From a virus (Duplodnaviria; Caudoviricetes): a DNA stretch of 44,577 nt. The stretch spans positions 1 through 44,577 of IMG/VR virus record IMGVR_UViG_3300036803_000043; one strand, written 5' to 3'. The notes beneath the pieces are model-generated. The model had not been told where the DNA came from. It ran no database searches and saw nothing but the letters and a program-made list of their open reading frames with translations. This document shows positions 33,888 to 44,038 of this stretch, piece after piece. Position 1 is the stretch's first letter, and the number at the start of each line of letters is the position of its first letter. The translations under genes and the position numbers were made by a program.

Positions 33888-34567
33888 TCACCCCCTACTG
33901 CCTAGTACCTGATTGATCGACTGCCACACTTCATCAGGAGACATCGACTGGTTTGATTCCGCCTGCCACTCAGGCATGAAATCTTTAATCTCGAATGCCT
34001 TACCGTTCGCCTCTCGGTTGACGTTAGCGATCACAGCGGAGACCAGCGCAGCTGCTACGTCGACACGTGCTGACCCGAGAGGGCCAGCCACCCGTTCGTA
34101 GGCCATCCATCCAGACAGCTCACGAGACGACGTGGTAGCCAGCAGCTCGGCCACCGTGCGTCCAAGGTGCCCGGCTAGGCGGTAATAGAAAGCGAGCTCT
34201 GGCCGGGCTCGGATTCCCCCGTCAGATTCTCTACATCCTCATCAGACAAGCCGGATAGCCGCTGCGCCACGGAGAACACTCGCTCTAGTGCTGCTGCCGA
34301 CTTGGCACCCAGGCCGGATACATCCATATCGCTGAATACTCGGGTGCCTGAATCGTCCACTATCGCTAGGGCGCACAGTCGAGCTCGGAAGTTGGCCAGG
34401 TTCAACGCCTTACCAGTCTTGCCTACTACGCTGGCCTCAAGACGGTCTCGCTCATAGCCGGTTAATCCAGCCACACGAACTACACCGCCCCACTCGGGCA
34501 CCTCTACATCCTCGGTTGTGAAATCTACGACCGAGAATATCTGCTCTCTACTCAGCAGCTCACTCAC
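33888..34567 (-). CDS. Tail assembly chaperone, long form via -1 frameshift
   Basis: The -1 frame reads GIRARPELAFYYRLAGHLGRTVAELL... into ORF 33888-34154. Confidence 0.85.
34175..34567 (-). CDS. Tail assembly chaperone, short form
   Basis: EDVEVPEWGGVVRV...ERD...KSAAALERVF...RLSGL. Confidence 0.88.
   Translation of the reverse strand: MSELLSREQIFSVVDFTTEDVEVPEWGGVVRVAGLTGYERDRLEASVVGKTGKALNLANFRARLCALAIVDDSGTRVFSDMDVSGLGAKSAAALERVFSVAQRLSGLSDEDVENLTGESEPGQSSLSITA
34214..34220 (-). other. Programmed -1 frameshift slippery site G GGG GAA
   Basis: In frame ACG GGG GAA near the end of the chaperone gene. Confidence 0.85.
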
Positions 34568-34974
34568 GTGACCACCGGCTTACCAGTGATCTTGAATTTA
34601 GACGTAGCAGTCATCTTACCGTCCGTAGGCGCGGTGTTTTCAAACTCCACCAGGAACGCTTTAATTTGCCACTGCGATGAGGCCAGTGGATAGATCAGCC
34701 GGTAGTCCCGGGCAACGATGTCCTCGAAGTCGCTAACCAACGCATTGTGCACAGCCGGATCGTAGTTGATATCAATAGTGATTTCTCCAGCGTCAACCAA
34801 CGTACCGATGAATTGCCGGTAGCGGTTAGGGGAGTCATGCGCAGTTACGTCGTCGGTACCCCGCTTAATGCCGGGTCCCTTAAACGAGGTGATGTTAGCT
34901 ATTGGTGTGAACACAGGAACGGTGCCCATATCCGAGCGGTGCAGCTGTGTCCCAAATGCGTCAAGTCCGGCCAC
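34564..34974 (-). CDS. Major tail (tube) protein
   Basis: GPG...DVTAHDS...LVDAGEIT...KITGKP. Confidence 0.88.
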   Translation of the reverse strand: MAGLDAFGTQLHRSDMGTVPVFTPIANITSFKGPGIKRGTDDVTAHDSPNRYRQFIGTLVDAGEITIDINYDPAVHNALVSDFEDIVARDYRLIYPLASSQWQIKAFLVEFENTAPTDGKMTATSKFKITGKPVVT

Positions 34975-34987
34975 GTGCCCATCCTTC

Positions 34988-35404
34988 CTACGCTGGAATT
35001 GCCTCGAGCCACGCTCGATAGCGTGTCATACACCGTCGTAAGTCCGGGTCCGGATCACGCATAAACTGGTGCATGTCGTTAAAGATGGATATCTTATTGA
35101 ACCCTGCCACTACTAGCGGACTAGTTGGCCTGTGGAGTAACCGCACCAGGTGACCGTTGATAGTCGCGCATTCCGCGTACCCGCGGTACGTAGACCACGC
35201 ACTGAGCTGCAACATAATCTCGATGCCTGCTCGATCGTGCGCATCACTGGTGCTTTCTGTAACTGTGTCAATTGTGACGTAAGGTGGTCGTGCCGCAGTA
35301 GCCACCTCATCAAACACACCAGTGATCAAACTAGACAGCGCGCCGTCACCCGTGAGTAGTGAATACACTGCTCGCTGAAATACCGGCTGAGCAGTGACAC
35401 TCAC
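34988..35404 (-). CDS. Tail terminator (DUF3168-like)
   Basis: VYSLL...GVFDEV...PYVTI...WS...G..E...RDPD. Confidence 0.8.
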   Translation of the reverse strand: MSVTAQPVFQRAVYSLLTGDGALSSLITGVFDEVATAARPPYVTIDTVTESTSDAHDRAGIEIMLQLSAWSTYRGYAECATINGHLVRLLHRPTSPLVVAGFNKISIFNDMHQFMRDPDPDLRRCMTRYRAWLEAIPA

Positions 35405-35775
35405 AGATCAACCACCTTGGCAAGCTCAGCTCGCACGTACGGTGTAAGGTCACGGTGCTCGATGAACGCCGGGTAGAGGTACGGCTGCGCCGGCCCGTGG
35501 CCGGTACCCAGCTCAACGTAGGCCGCGTAGCTGTGGCCATGCTCATTAACGGCGTCCGAAATAACCTCTGCGGTACCGTGAGTGACCTTGTCATCAATTT
35601 TGCGCGACAGCTTGCCGGTAAGCACCGGGGCACGACGCTCAGCTGACGCGGCCACATCCTTACCCCACTCCCGGGCAGCCTCATCTACTACCAGAGTGCT
35701 GACCTTTTCGCCCAGCTCCACCATCTTGGCTGACAGCTCTTTATCGCCGATCAGCTCAAACCATTCTTTCGCCAC
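35401..35775 (-). CDS. HK97 gp10-like neck protein
   Basis: APVLTGKL...YAAYVELGT...AQPYLYPA. Confidence 0.85.
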   Translation of the reverse strand: MAKEWFELIGDKELSAKMVELGEKVSTLVVDEAAREWGKDVAASAERRAPVLTGKLSRKIDDKVTHGTAEVISDAVNEHGHSYAAYVELGTGHGPAQPYLYPAFIEHRDLTPYVRAELAKVVDL

Positions 35776-35776
35776 A

Positions 35777-36277
35777 TCAGGTCCCGAGGATCACGACGTC
35801 ATAGTTAACTGATGTTCCTGCACCGCCGTTAGCCACGTGCAGCAGATCAGCGGTTGCCGCTGTGACTGCGTAGCCAGCCGCATCGGGGGTAAGTAGCGCG
35901 AATACACCGCCAGGCCGGACGGTAATCGTGTGTGTGGCGCCGCCAACCCACGAGATAAACCCGTTTGACGCTGCGTTGCCAACGATCACGTTGTTAACGT
36001 TGGTAGGGGCCGCTGCGATAATCAGCCCTCGGACGCTGGCAAACGTGAGAGTCGCACCGAAAGCATCGACCAGCACGCCAGCCAAGTCGAGATCTTCAGC
36101 AGTGCTGGCCGCCAGCGTGCGAGTATCCGTGAACAGCTTGGTAGCCTGGTTGGCCCCGGTGCCTGTAGCGAACGCTTGAGCCACCTGGTAGGCCAGCGGC
36201 TGCGAGACGGTGGAGAGGTCCAGCACCCCTGTGTAATTGAGCCTCGCTGATACGGTCAGCGTACCGGAAACACCCAT
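35777..36277 (-). CDS. Putative virion structural protein
   Basis: 166 aa, beta/Thr-Ala rich, inside the neck cluster. Confidence 0.6.
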   Translation of the reverse strand: MGVSGTLTVSARLNYTGVLDLSTVSQPLAYQVAQAFATGTGANQATKLFTDTRTLAASTAEDLDLAGVLVDAFGATLTFASVRGLIIAAAPTNVNNVIVGNAASNGFISWVGGATHTITVRPGGVFALLTPDAAGYAVTAATADLLHVANGGAGTSVNYDVVILGT

Positions 36278-36286
36278 GATGACCCC

Positions 36287-36637
36287 TTATCTCTGTCGTG
36301 ACCGGCAGTCGGCACGCAGATAGATTGCTTGTGACGGTGAGTAGACGGTGTGCACGTCGAAAATCACCGGACCGATGTGCAATTCGTCATTGCGCCGAAC
36401 ATCCGCCTCGGGCTTGAAATAGAGGGTATCCGCCAGCTGCGAGATGTCCTGATTTCCTAGCTCATGTTCGTCGCCAGCAGCCGACCCCGCTGGCTGGGAG
36501 CGCCGGCAGTCCAGCGTTCCCAGCAGCGTCCGCACCACGGTCTGCCCGCCAGCACCATCGCTGGTCGGGATGTCGCGGTACTGCGTGGCTGTGACGTTGA
36601 GCAGCGCCGCAGCGCGCGCTGCCGCACGAGCACTCAC
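36287..36637 (-). CDS. Head-tail stopper/head closure protein
   Basis: SDGAGG...DVRRNDEL...YLRADC; start GTG 36637 by coupling. Confidence 0.75.
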   Translation of the reverse strand: MSARAAARAAALLNVTATQYRDIPTSDGAGGQTVVRTLLGTLDCRRSQPAGSAAGDEHELGNQDISQLADTLYFKPEADVRRNDELHIGPVIFDVHTVYSPSQAIYLRADCRSRQR

Positions 36638-36798
36638 CGACGCTCCCGGCACTCGACAACACCCGGTCTTGGCGTTTGGTAGCCAAACTCAAACTGGCCA
36701 CCACTGGTCGACTCCAATCGCGGCTGAGTGGGTGCGTCATCGAGCTCGGTAGACACCTCGAACAGCCCCCGGCCGAACACCCGCACGATGAGCCTCAC
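36634..36798 (-). CDS. 54-aa hypothetical protein
   Basis: Read manually: MRLIVRVFGRGLFEV...; GTGA coupling at both ends. Confidence 0.55.
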   Translation of the reverse strand: MRLIVRVFGRGLFEVSTELDDAPTQPRLESTSGGQFEFGYQTPRPGVVECRERR

Positions 36799-37415
36799 CG
36801 GCTACCCACGAGGGCAACCGTCTGGCCAAACCGTGCGGCCAGCTGCTCACGAATCGACCGCGGGAGGAACATCTCGGTCACCAGGCCATCGGCTCCGTAG
36901 GTGGCCGAGTAATCCCCGATGGTCTCCTGCCGGATGTTGCCTGTGCTTGCCAAGCCAGAACCACTCGAACTGGCTCGCCACGCGACCAGCGCCGCTGCAG
37001 CCATCCGGCACACCAGGTTGACGACATCCGAGGGGACGGTAACCAGGCCATGGGTGTAGGTAATGTCCACCTTGGACGGAACCACTACCCCGGACCACCG
37101 GCTAGCCAGCAGCCCTGCCCAGCCAGCCAGCCGCCAGAGCTGCCCTGAGCGCAGCAAATAGTCGGTCACCGCCACGTCGTCTATCGAGACCGCTGAGACC
37201 GACGTGACCGGCACGCCAGGGGGTCGTATCCACTGGCTACGTGTGCCTTCGAGCTCCACAGTCGAAGTGACCTGAGAGATTGGCACGCCGGCCGCTTCCC
37301 TGACCGACGTCGAGGCGACGTCGAGGTAGGTCACCGCAATGTCGGTCTCCCCTGCAGCCAAGGCAATGCCGGCCTTGGCCATGTCCAGCGGAGTGGCCAG
37401 TGGCGCCAGCGTCAT
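36795..37415 (-). CDS. Head-tail adaptor
   Basis: PLAT...LDVAS...PVTSVSAV...ITYTHG...QETIGDYS. Confidence 0.82.
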   Translation of the reverse strand: MTLAPLATPLDMAKAGIALAAGETDIAVTYLDVASTSVREAAGVPISQVTSTVELEGTRSQWIRPPGVPVTSVSAVSIDDVAVTDYLLRSGQLWRLAGWAGLLASRWSGVVVPSKVDITYTHGLVTVPSDVVNLVCRMAAAALVAWRASSSGSGLASTGNIRQETIGDYSATYGADGLVTEMFLPRSIREQLAARFGQTVALVGSR

Positions 37416-37417
37416 GG

Positions 37418-37771
37418 CTAGGCGTGCCTAGCTTGGTTGCGGACGGCCGCTCGATTATTCGCCATAGCGATCAGCTGAGCTTTGGTCTTACTTGATACCG
37501 CCCGATAGTCCAAATCGCTATCACTGACGGTGTAGTCGATCCATTCAGCCTTAGGCGCGTCCTCTAATGGCCGTTTAGCAGCGTCAGCGTCATAAGAACT
37601 GCCATCCTCATTGACCCTGAGCAACTGACCGGCAGTAAGCCGATCCTCAATGGCCTCAGGCAACGGTAGATCCATCTTGATAACGTTGCTGCCGTCCTGC
37701 ACGTGAATGTACGGCACACTCGGGTCTACAGGTGCCTCTGTCTCTACCCCGGTGTCTGGCACTTCTTTCAT
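37418..37771 (-). CDS. Hypothetical protein with C-terminal HeH-like motif
   Basis: KRP...APKAEWIDY...TKAQLI. Confidence 0.6.
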   Translation of the reverse strand: MKEVPDTGVETEAPVDPSVPYIHVQDGSNVIKMDLPLPEAIEDRLTAGQLLRVNEDGSSYDADAAKRPLEDAPKAEWIDYTVSDSDLDYRAVSSKTKAQLIAMANNRAAVRNQARHA

Positions 37772-38133
37772 CAGGTGGCCCTCGAAACGTGCAGTGCGTA
37801 CGCTGTCACGTTGGCCGCCGTAGCAGCCTTAATGCTCAGCGAACCGTCATTCTGAATAAACCGACTAGAGTCGAACGGCCCGAGGATGTGCGATCCCACC
37901 GTCAGGCTCAACGCCAGGTCGCCCTGGCCCGAGGCGATGGCCAGTGGCTGGCTACCGGCCTTAAGGGTCACCAGCGTAGTAGCGGTGGCCACCACAACCT
38001 TGAGGAGAATCTCCTCGGAGGAGATACGTGCAATCGGCACCGACTGGTAGGTATTGTCAGTAGTGAGCACGACAGGCGTCGGCTCGGCAATCCTCCCGTT
38101 AGGCACCGTTTCGGTGAGCACGAGTGCTGCCAT
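37771..38133 (-). CDS. Putative capsid decoration/structural protein
   Basis: After the capsid gene; GPFDSSRFIQNDG. Confidence 0.55.
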   Translation of the reverse strand: MAALVLTETVPNGRIAEPTPVVLTTDNTYQSVPIARISSEEILLKVVVATATTLVTLKAGSQPLAIASGQGDLALSLTVGSHILGPFDSSRFIQNDGSLSIKAATAANVTAYALHVSRAT

Positions 38134-38291
38134 TAGTTAGCCTCCACAACTGTCGCGTCTACCCGCACAATAAGTGCACCAGGGTGATCGGTATCCGGGG
38201 GTGGCTCCATGCCGTAGTGCACGTCGACCACACCACGCGCCGTGTTACCCTCGGCATCCTGTGCCATGACGAAAAACAAACTCTTGCGCAT
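38133..38291 (-). CDS. 52-aa hypothetical protein
   Basis: Read manually: MRKSLFFVMAQDAEG...VVEAN; GAGGAG RBS, TAATG coupling. Confidence 0.6.
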   Translation of the reverse strand: MRKSLFFVMAQDAEGNTARGVVDVHYGMEPPPDTDHPGALIVRVDATVVEAN

Positions 38292-38300
38292 CTGTGCTCC

Positions 38301-39170
38301 TCACGCACTAAGTGCATCAGCGTAAGCGATGGCGATGGAGTCGGGACGAATTAGCTTTGCCCCGTATACGGCCAATCCCTTAACCGCGTCAGCGAATTTG
38401 GCCTCAGGCCGGTATGCCAGGGTCTTGGTGAGCTGCTCAGCATACGAAATGGCCGTGTTCCGTCCGGCCTGCACCACGTGCACGTTTCCAGTCGGGTTTG
38501 GCACGTTGTTACTCTCGTAAATATCGAAACCAGCCGCGCGACCAATCAAACCGTTGCGCAGCGCCTCCGACGTGCCGGACTCATTGACCTTGATAAACCG
38601 GCTATCGATCAGCAACCTGCCCATGATCTCGGGCGACACGATCGCATACCGACCTTGCATCGGAACGTTGGCCCGACCGAGGCGCGTGCGCAGCGGCACC
38701 AGCACGTTGTCATACGCTGCGTTCGGCGCGGCTGCAGTAACTGCGATTGGTGAGCCGGTAGACCCGACGACGTTGGCGCTCTGAGTGCCCGTGTAGAGGC
38801 TCGCGAGGAACTGGTCAATCACATCAGCCAGACCGTAGCCACCCTCGGACATGGCCTGTGGGATGACCGGACCCTTAGCCTGAGCTTGGTCAACGTCGTC
38901 AACCTGAAATGCCCAGTACTTCTGCTGATCAATGACCAGCACACGCTGGGAGTCGGTCAGCTCCTCGGGCACCACGGCAGTAACGTTAGGCACGTAGGTG
39001 TTGATCGTGGGACGGGAAATTGAAGTGATGCGGACCGTGTCGCCGGCCTGTTGGATCTCACCCTCATAATCCCTATTGACGACGTTAGGTCCGCCGTAGA
39101 CCAAAGTCTTGCGCAGCGCGACCAGCAACTGAGCAGACCAGACCTCTGGCCGAAAGTTGGTAATTGACAC
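38301..39170 (-). CDS. Major capsid protein
   Basis: NFRPEVWSAQLL...NRDYEGEI...GDTVRI...GFDIYESN...DAVKGLAVYGAK. Confidence 0.92.
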   Translation of the reverse strand: MSITNFRPEVWSAQLLVALRKTLVYGGPNVVNRDYEGEIQQAGDTVRITSISRPTINTYVPNVTAVVPEELTDSQRVLVIDQQKYWAFQVDDVDQAQAKGPVIPQAMSEGGYGLADVIDQFLASLYTGTQSANVVGSTGSPIAVTAAAPNAAYDNVLVPLRTRLGRANVPMQGRYAIVSPEIMGRLLIDSRFIKVNESGTSEALRNGLIGRAAGFDIYESNNVPNPTGNVHVVQAGRNTAISYAEQLTKTLAYRPEAKFADAVKGLAVYGAKLIRPDSIAIAYADALSA

Positions 39171-39182
39171 GCCATACCTCGC

Positions 39183-39830
39183 TTACTTGCCGGTGAGCAG
39201 ATCAGCCAGGCGTCCTTCTGTTTGCGCCTTGACTATCGCCTCAGGTGACATGGTTTTGAGCTCGGCTTCTGTGACCTGCTTGGCCCCACCGGCATTGCGC
39301 CCAGCTGAACCACTGTCACCAGTGCCTTGAAATCTCCGAGCCCTTGCGGCTGCGAGATACGGTCTATCCTTGATCAACTTATCAATAGCGGCAGACACCT
39401 CCTCGGCATCTACGTCGCCGTCGTCTCCTACCTCGAATTGTCCGAGATCGAGAAACACTAGCGCATCTTTGGGATCTTCCAGCTTGCCTGTCGCCGCTGC
39501 CCTGATCTCCGAGCGGAGGATGCGCTGATTAGCCGTGTCAGTGGCTGCTTTCAACGCATCAGCTCGAACCCGCTGCGCCTCAGCGTCCGCGTCGCCCTGA
39601 GAAGCCTTCTGCCGCGCCTCGGCCAACTGCTGCTCTGCCTGCTTACGCGACTCCCGCTCGACCTTAAGCCGGGCTTTCATCGCATCGAGGGCGCGCTTGC
39701 CGGCGTCGCCTAGATCCGCTGGCGGGTCGCCCTCGGGAGGGTCGACGTCGTCAGGCGGGTCGGTAGCTGGTGGCGCGTTTGGATCGACGTCGTCAGGTGG
39801 TGGCGGATCGGTAGGTAGCGGACTGCCCAT
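39183..39830 (-). CDS. Scaffolding protein
   Basis: Acidic Pro-rich N-terminus, LGDAGKRALDAMK, coiled coil, RPYLA. Confidence 0.88.
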   Translation of the reverse strand: MGSPLPTDPPPPDDVDPNAPPATDPPDDVDPPEGDPPADLGDAGKRALDAMKARLKVERESRKQAEQQLAEARQKASQGDADAEAQRVRADALKAATDTANQRILRSEIRAAATGKLEDPKDALVFLDLGQFEVGDDGDVDAEEVSAAIDKLIKDRPYLAAARARRFQGTGDSGSAGRNAGGAKQVTEAELKTMSPEAIVKAQTEGRLADLLTGK

Positions 39831-39881
39831 GCGTGTTCTCCCCGTTGCGGGTTGTGGTTCGCCGCGCGGTGCGCGCGGACG

Positions 39882-40718
39882 TCAGAGGATGTAGCCGTGC
39901 TGGCGCAAGAGGCCGATGGCCTCTTCTCGAGAATTAGTGATCTTGTAAATTGCCTCGGGCGTGAGGCGCAGAACATGTGCGGTCTTGGTGTCCGTGGTTG
40001 ACATCCCGGACTTGGCGTTGACCACTTGGCTGATGTCTGCGCCATCTCGAATGGCTGCAGCGTTGGCGGCTCCGAGGCGTTGGTCTTGCTGACTGGTCGA
40101 CATCCGGTCAAACAGCGCCCGAGGGTGGTTGTCGAGGTTGGCGTCACGGTGCTGTTTGTGGGTGACCGGCGCCATCGTGCAGTCGCAGCGCGGGTGCCGG
40201 CTGAACCCCTGCGACCAGCGGTACACCCGGCCAGCGAGCACGATGCATCGGCCGCACGCCGGCAGGTGCACGAACCGCTCATAGCCATAAAAGTCCGGGT
40301 TGGCTGTGATAGCCACGCCCTTGGCCACCCGAAACGCGTCGGCTACCTGTGTGCGGACAATCGCGTCAAGCAGTACCGAGCTCCCAGCCATCACGCGCGC
40401 GGCTGGCGACCCCGTAGCCAGGCCAACCATCGCAGACACGGCAGGTTGGAATAGCAGGCCGATCAACGACTGGCCACTAGATGAGGCGCCGGCGAACGTG
40501 CCAGCCACTAGCACGGCTGGCGTCGCAGTGGTGACTATTGCCAGCTCGGCAGCGGCAGCTTGAGCGGCCGTCACAGCAGCCACGACAGCGGGCAGCTGAG
40601 CGGTCCACGTAGCCGATATAGCTTGCTGGTCGACCTGCCGCCACGCCTCAGTGGCGTTGCTCGATGCGTCGCGCGCCACCGACTGCATACCGGCTCGGTG
40701 AGTTGCCGGACTGGTCAC
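39882..40718 (-). CDS. MuF-like head morphogenesis/minor capsid protein
   Basis: ACGRCIVLAG...FSRHPRCDC...RLTPEAI...LLRQHGYI. Confidence 0.78.
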   Translation of the reverse strand: MTSPATHRAGMQSVARDASSNATEAWRQVDQQAISATWTAQLPAVVAAVTAAQAAAAELAIVTTATPAVLVAGTFAGASSSGQSLIGLLFQPAVSAMVGLATGSPAARVMAGSSVLLDAIVRTQVADAFRVAKGVAITANPDFYGYERFVHLPACGRCIVLAGRVYRWSQGFSRHPRCDCTMAPVTHKQHRDANLDNHPRALFDRMSTSQQDQRLGAANAAAIRDGADISQVVNAKSGMSTTDTKTAHVLRLTPEAIYKITNSREEAIGLLRQHGYIL

Positions 40719-42238
40719 GGCTTAGCTGGCGGCACTGGCGGCGCGGCCGGCAACGGCGGTGCTGGTGGACCTGCAGGAGCTCCTGGCGGGTTGACGGCCG
40801 GGGGCAGCGCCTGAGTAGCCCGCACCGTGCCAAACTCCGAGGCGATGGCCGCGATCGGGTCCAGTGCAGCTTCCTGTTCTTTGAGCTTGATCACGTCGAG
40901 CACTTCTGTAGGTGTCAGGCCGTAGCGCAGCGCCAGCCACTCGAAGGGAAATCCGATGGTCTTGAGCTTGACCAAGGCATCAGCGAGCTGGGCATAAGAT
41001 CGTGATTCCGCATCCCGCCACATCACCGAGCCGGCTCTAGCGTCTTTTGACTTTGCCGTGTTGCCCTGTGCCAGTGAGATAAGTCCGAAAGCCTCTCGGA
41101 TGCCCTGGCCGTACCACAACATCTTCTCATCGACGCGCTTAACCAGACCGGTTTCCGCGGCCAGCAAAGCATCACCTGACAGGTTCGCCATCTTGCCGAT
41201 CAGGTAGTGCTGCGGGGTCCGGGTTTGTGCTGCAACGTGCCCCACTGCCACTTCGATCAGGTCGGTATACGCAGCCAAGTTCGCCGACTGCCACTCGGCT
41301 ATCTTGGCGTCGGCACCGGTAATCCAAAGCACCCGGTCTACAGCAAACTTCTCCATATTCATTGGTTTTTCACCAACGATCTGGCCAGCCGCGTCGAGAA
41401 TTGGCATCATAGGCCGTTCGGCGCCCAGCACTACGCGTTGCGGGAAACTAGCGTAGTCAGCCGCGGTAAACAGCAACGACCAGAGCAGGTTAATCGCGTC
41501 CTGCATGGCTACCACGCCGGTCACATCGGGGATCGGGTCAGCGACCAGCAGCGGCTTATTAGGCAGCTCCACCATGGGAACCACGCCCATCGGGTTAATC
41601 TGCGGGTTAGGCTCGTGGGCCATATCCCGAGGGCGCCAGCGATTCAGCTCCTCATCGATGTCTGCCATCTGCGGCGACTTCTCTAGCAACCCCATCAGGC
41701 CGCGTCGGAACTTCCACACCTCATCAGGCAGGTACAGCGTCGCGTAATCAAACATGCCGTCCTGCCACCGCTTGAGCGCCGCGCGGCGCTTGCGCCGGCT
41801 ACCGGGCTCATAGATAACCAAGCACTGCTGCGGGTCCTCGAACGTAACTACCGGGGTCTCCTCCTCATCTGGATCACCCCAAACCAGAATGAATGACCGG
41901 CCGCCGTTCACAGAGGCCAGGAACCCGAGCTGTGAATCTGCGTCTAGGCCATTCGTCTGCCAGACCCGCCATAAGTCGTCGTCTGCCGACTCCTGGCCGG
42001 CAACCTTGAAACCGTTGACCGTAAGCCTCTCGACTGGCGCGTCAGCGACAACTTGCACCCAGTTGTCACTGAAATCTCGATACCGCGCGCCGTGGTATTT
42101 GATAAATTGATCCGACGCATAAGCCAGCGGCTGCTTACCTTGATAGTAACGATCATTACGCTCGATCTCGAATCGTCGTCGGTTAAGTTCGTTCTCCATC
42201 AGCCCGACTAGGGCTTCGGCTTCCTCCTCGGTCGCCAT
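40715..42238 (-). CDS. Portal protein (SPP1 gp6-like)
   Basis: RYYQGKQ, DNW, ERL, GVVPMV, QDAIN, NLSGDAL; follows TerL. Confidence 0.92.
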   Translation of the reverse strand: MATEEEAEALVGLMENELNRRRFEIERNDRYYQGKQPLAYASDQFIKYHGARYRDFSDNWVQVVADAPVERLTVNGFKVAGQESADDDLWRVWQTNGLDADSQLGFLASVNGGRSFILVWGDPDEEETPVVTFEDPQQCLVIYEPGSRRKRRAALKRWQDGMFDYATLYLPDEVWKFRRGLMGLLEKSPQMADIDEELNRWRPRDMAHEPNPQINPMGVVPMVELPNKPLLVADPIPDVTGVVAMQDAINLLWSLLFTAADYASFPQRVVLGAERPMMPILDAAGQIVGEKPMNMEKFAVDRVLWITGADAKIAEWQSANLAAYTDLIEVAVGHVAAQTRTPQHYLIGKMANLSGDALLAAETGLVKRVDEKMLWYGQGIREAFGLISLAQGNTAKSKDARAGSVMWRDAESRSYAQLADALVKLKTIGFPFEWLALRYGLTPTEVLDVIKLKEQEAALDPIAAIASEFGTVRATQALPPAVNPPGAPAGPPAPPLPAAPPVPPAKP

Positions 42239-43857
42239 CAGGCTGTGTACGCGTAGCTGCGTTGGGTGGCCATGCCGGCGGCAACCACGTCACACAGTGC
42301 CTCGTGCGCCAGAATGGACGTTACTGTTACGTCTATCTTCTGGTGCGCCGATGCCTTTACTAGCACGTACTTGCCTCCCGGTCTTATTGCAGTTCTGGTG
42401 TTCCTCACGTGCGCCTCGGCCACTTCGCATCCGTCGTGACTGAACGTCGTGTCTTTCTTAACTACGTCGGTGCGCAGCCGCTCAGCAGCCGCGTGCATCT
42501 GCACAATTCTGCGGGTATGCCAGGGGATGATCACCCTATCGCCGTACTTATCTATCCACTCATCACACTCGGTGTCCCAGTACGGCGGGTCCGGGTACAT
42601 CCGCACCACGCTAAAGTACTTCATCAGTTCGTCTAGCGCAGCCGACACTTCCAGTCGGGGCACCTGGCCATTGTGATCGGCTGGATTCCATATGCAGGGC
42701 CGTCCATCAGCAAACGTAGGCGTGAATTGATAGCCGTCCATGGTCTCTGCCCGGAAGGCGGTCCAGTCATCGACGTCACTACCGTCAAATCCCAGCACTA
42801 CCCGGGTGCGCCTGGCTACCGTCCGAGGGTGCTTCACAGCACGCTGCCCCCACCGTGCGCCGTCCAACCATGAGGAGTGCCCAGCAACCGCACGGTTGCC
42901 AAAGAACCGCTCGGCTTGTGCCGGGTCTTTCTCCATAATCTCGGCACACTCGGACTCAATGGCGTCGAGGTCGACGTGTTTACTGCCCGAGTAGACGTGC
43001 CGGAAGATCCGGCGCCGTTCTGCTTTGTTGGCGAAGCTCAGGCCAGCTGGCGGCTTGTGCCAGAACTTGAAAACGTCGCGCACCCGTGACTCCTGAGTGC
43101 GCTGGGCGGTCGAATCCTGATCGGGTGCGTATGCGTTGGTGGTCTCCATCGAGCGACCACCCATGCCGGCGACACCGCGGCGCTGGGTGGTGGCCACATC
43201 ATGCATCCCGTTGGTGGCCAGGTACATCCCTGACTCATCGTGCAGCACGAACGTGATCGGGTTCCCGAGGCGCGACCGCGCGCTACTCGTGACCACCTCG
43301 ATCAGCCCATCATTGGGCAGCCGGATAAAACCCTCACCGACTTTCATCTGCGCCTGTAGTGGGCCGTTGCGGATCATCGACTGCAGCGGCCGGTAAACGT
43401 TATCGGTCTGGTCTGACGACGTGGCCGTGAGCTGGATCAACGGAGTTGGCCAGGGCCTACCCATCGGCTCGCCGGCCTCATAGGCATAGGTCCAGCCGCA
43501 CGGACACCCCCATTGCCGGCAGTCGTAGACCTCACCACCCTCTGCCCACCCATAAAACACTGCTGGCCCGACTGCTTCGCCGGCAATCACCGATGCCGAC
43601 CATGGCCCCTTGCCACACTTCTGCGGAGCGATGACCTGGCTGCGCCGGTAGAAGAATGCTGTTGATAACTGCCCGAGGCGCGCGGCCGGATTGATCCGGT
43701 AGTGATTGACGGTGCACCAGAGCTGCCATTTGTAGAGCTCGAACACCTGACCCTTGCGAAACCCATCGGGAATAGGGCAGTGGCGCTCTATCCAGTCAGG
43801 CATCACCCATAGCGTTGGCCACTCAACGGTGAAATCGTCAGGTGGTGCTGTCGCCAT
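42238..43857 (-). CDS. terL: Terminase large subunit
   Basis: PQKCGKG Walker A, LHDE Walker B, ETTNA, LGFDGS, KID. Confidence 0.92.
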   Translation of the reverse strand: MATAPPDDFTVEWPTLWVMPDWIERHCPIPDGFRKGQVFELYKWQLWCTVNHYRINPAARLGQLSTAFFYRRSQVIAPQKCGKGPWSASVIAGEAVGPAVFYGWAEGGEVYDCRQWGCPCGWTYAYEAGEPMGRPWPTPLIQLTATSSDQTDNVYRPLQSMIRNGPLQAQMKVGEGFIRLPNDGLIEVVTSSARSRLGNPITFVLHDESGMYLATNGMHDVATTQRRGVAGMGGRSMETTNAYAPDQDSTAQRTQESRVRDVFKFWHKPPAGLSFANKAERRRIFRHVYSGSKHVDLDAIESECAEIMEKDPAQAERFFGNRAVAGHSSWLDGARWGQRAVKHPRTVARRTRVVLGFDGSDVDDWTAFRAETMDGYQFTPTFADGRPCIWNPADHNGQVPRLEVSAALDELMKYFSVVRMYPDPPYWDTECDEWIDKYGDRVIIPWHTRRIVQMHAAAERLRTDVVKKDTTFSHDGCEVAEAHVRNTRTAIRPGGKYVLVKASAHQKIDVTVTSILAHEALCDVVAAGMATQRSYAYTA

Positions 43858-44038
43858 CGGACAGTAGGGCTATGTCGATGTCGTCGGCGAACATCACAAC
43901 CCGTGTGCCGATGATCTTGCTAATGGCCTGCGTTGCACTGACCACCTCGGACTGCACCGTTAAACCGACGTTGCCGATCAGCAGCACATCGCCGGGCTTG
44001 ACTAGCACCACCCGAGTCTCATCAGGCATCAGGCTCAC
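43838..44038 (-). CDS. 66-aa hypothetical protein between the terminase genes
   Basis: VVLVKPGDVLLI; GGAG-like RBS; overlaps both neighbours. Confidence 0.6.
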   Translation of the reverse strand: MSLMPDETRVVLVKPGDVLLIGNVGLTVQSEVVSATQAISKIIGTRVVMFADDIDIALLSDGDSTT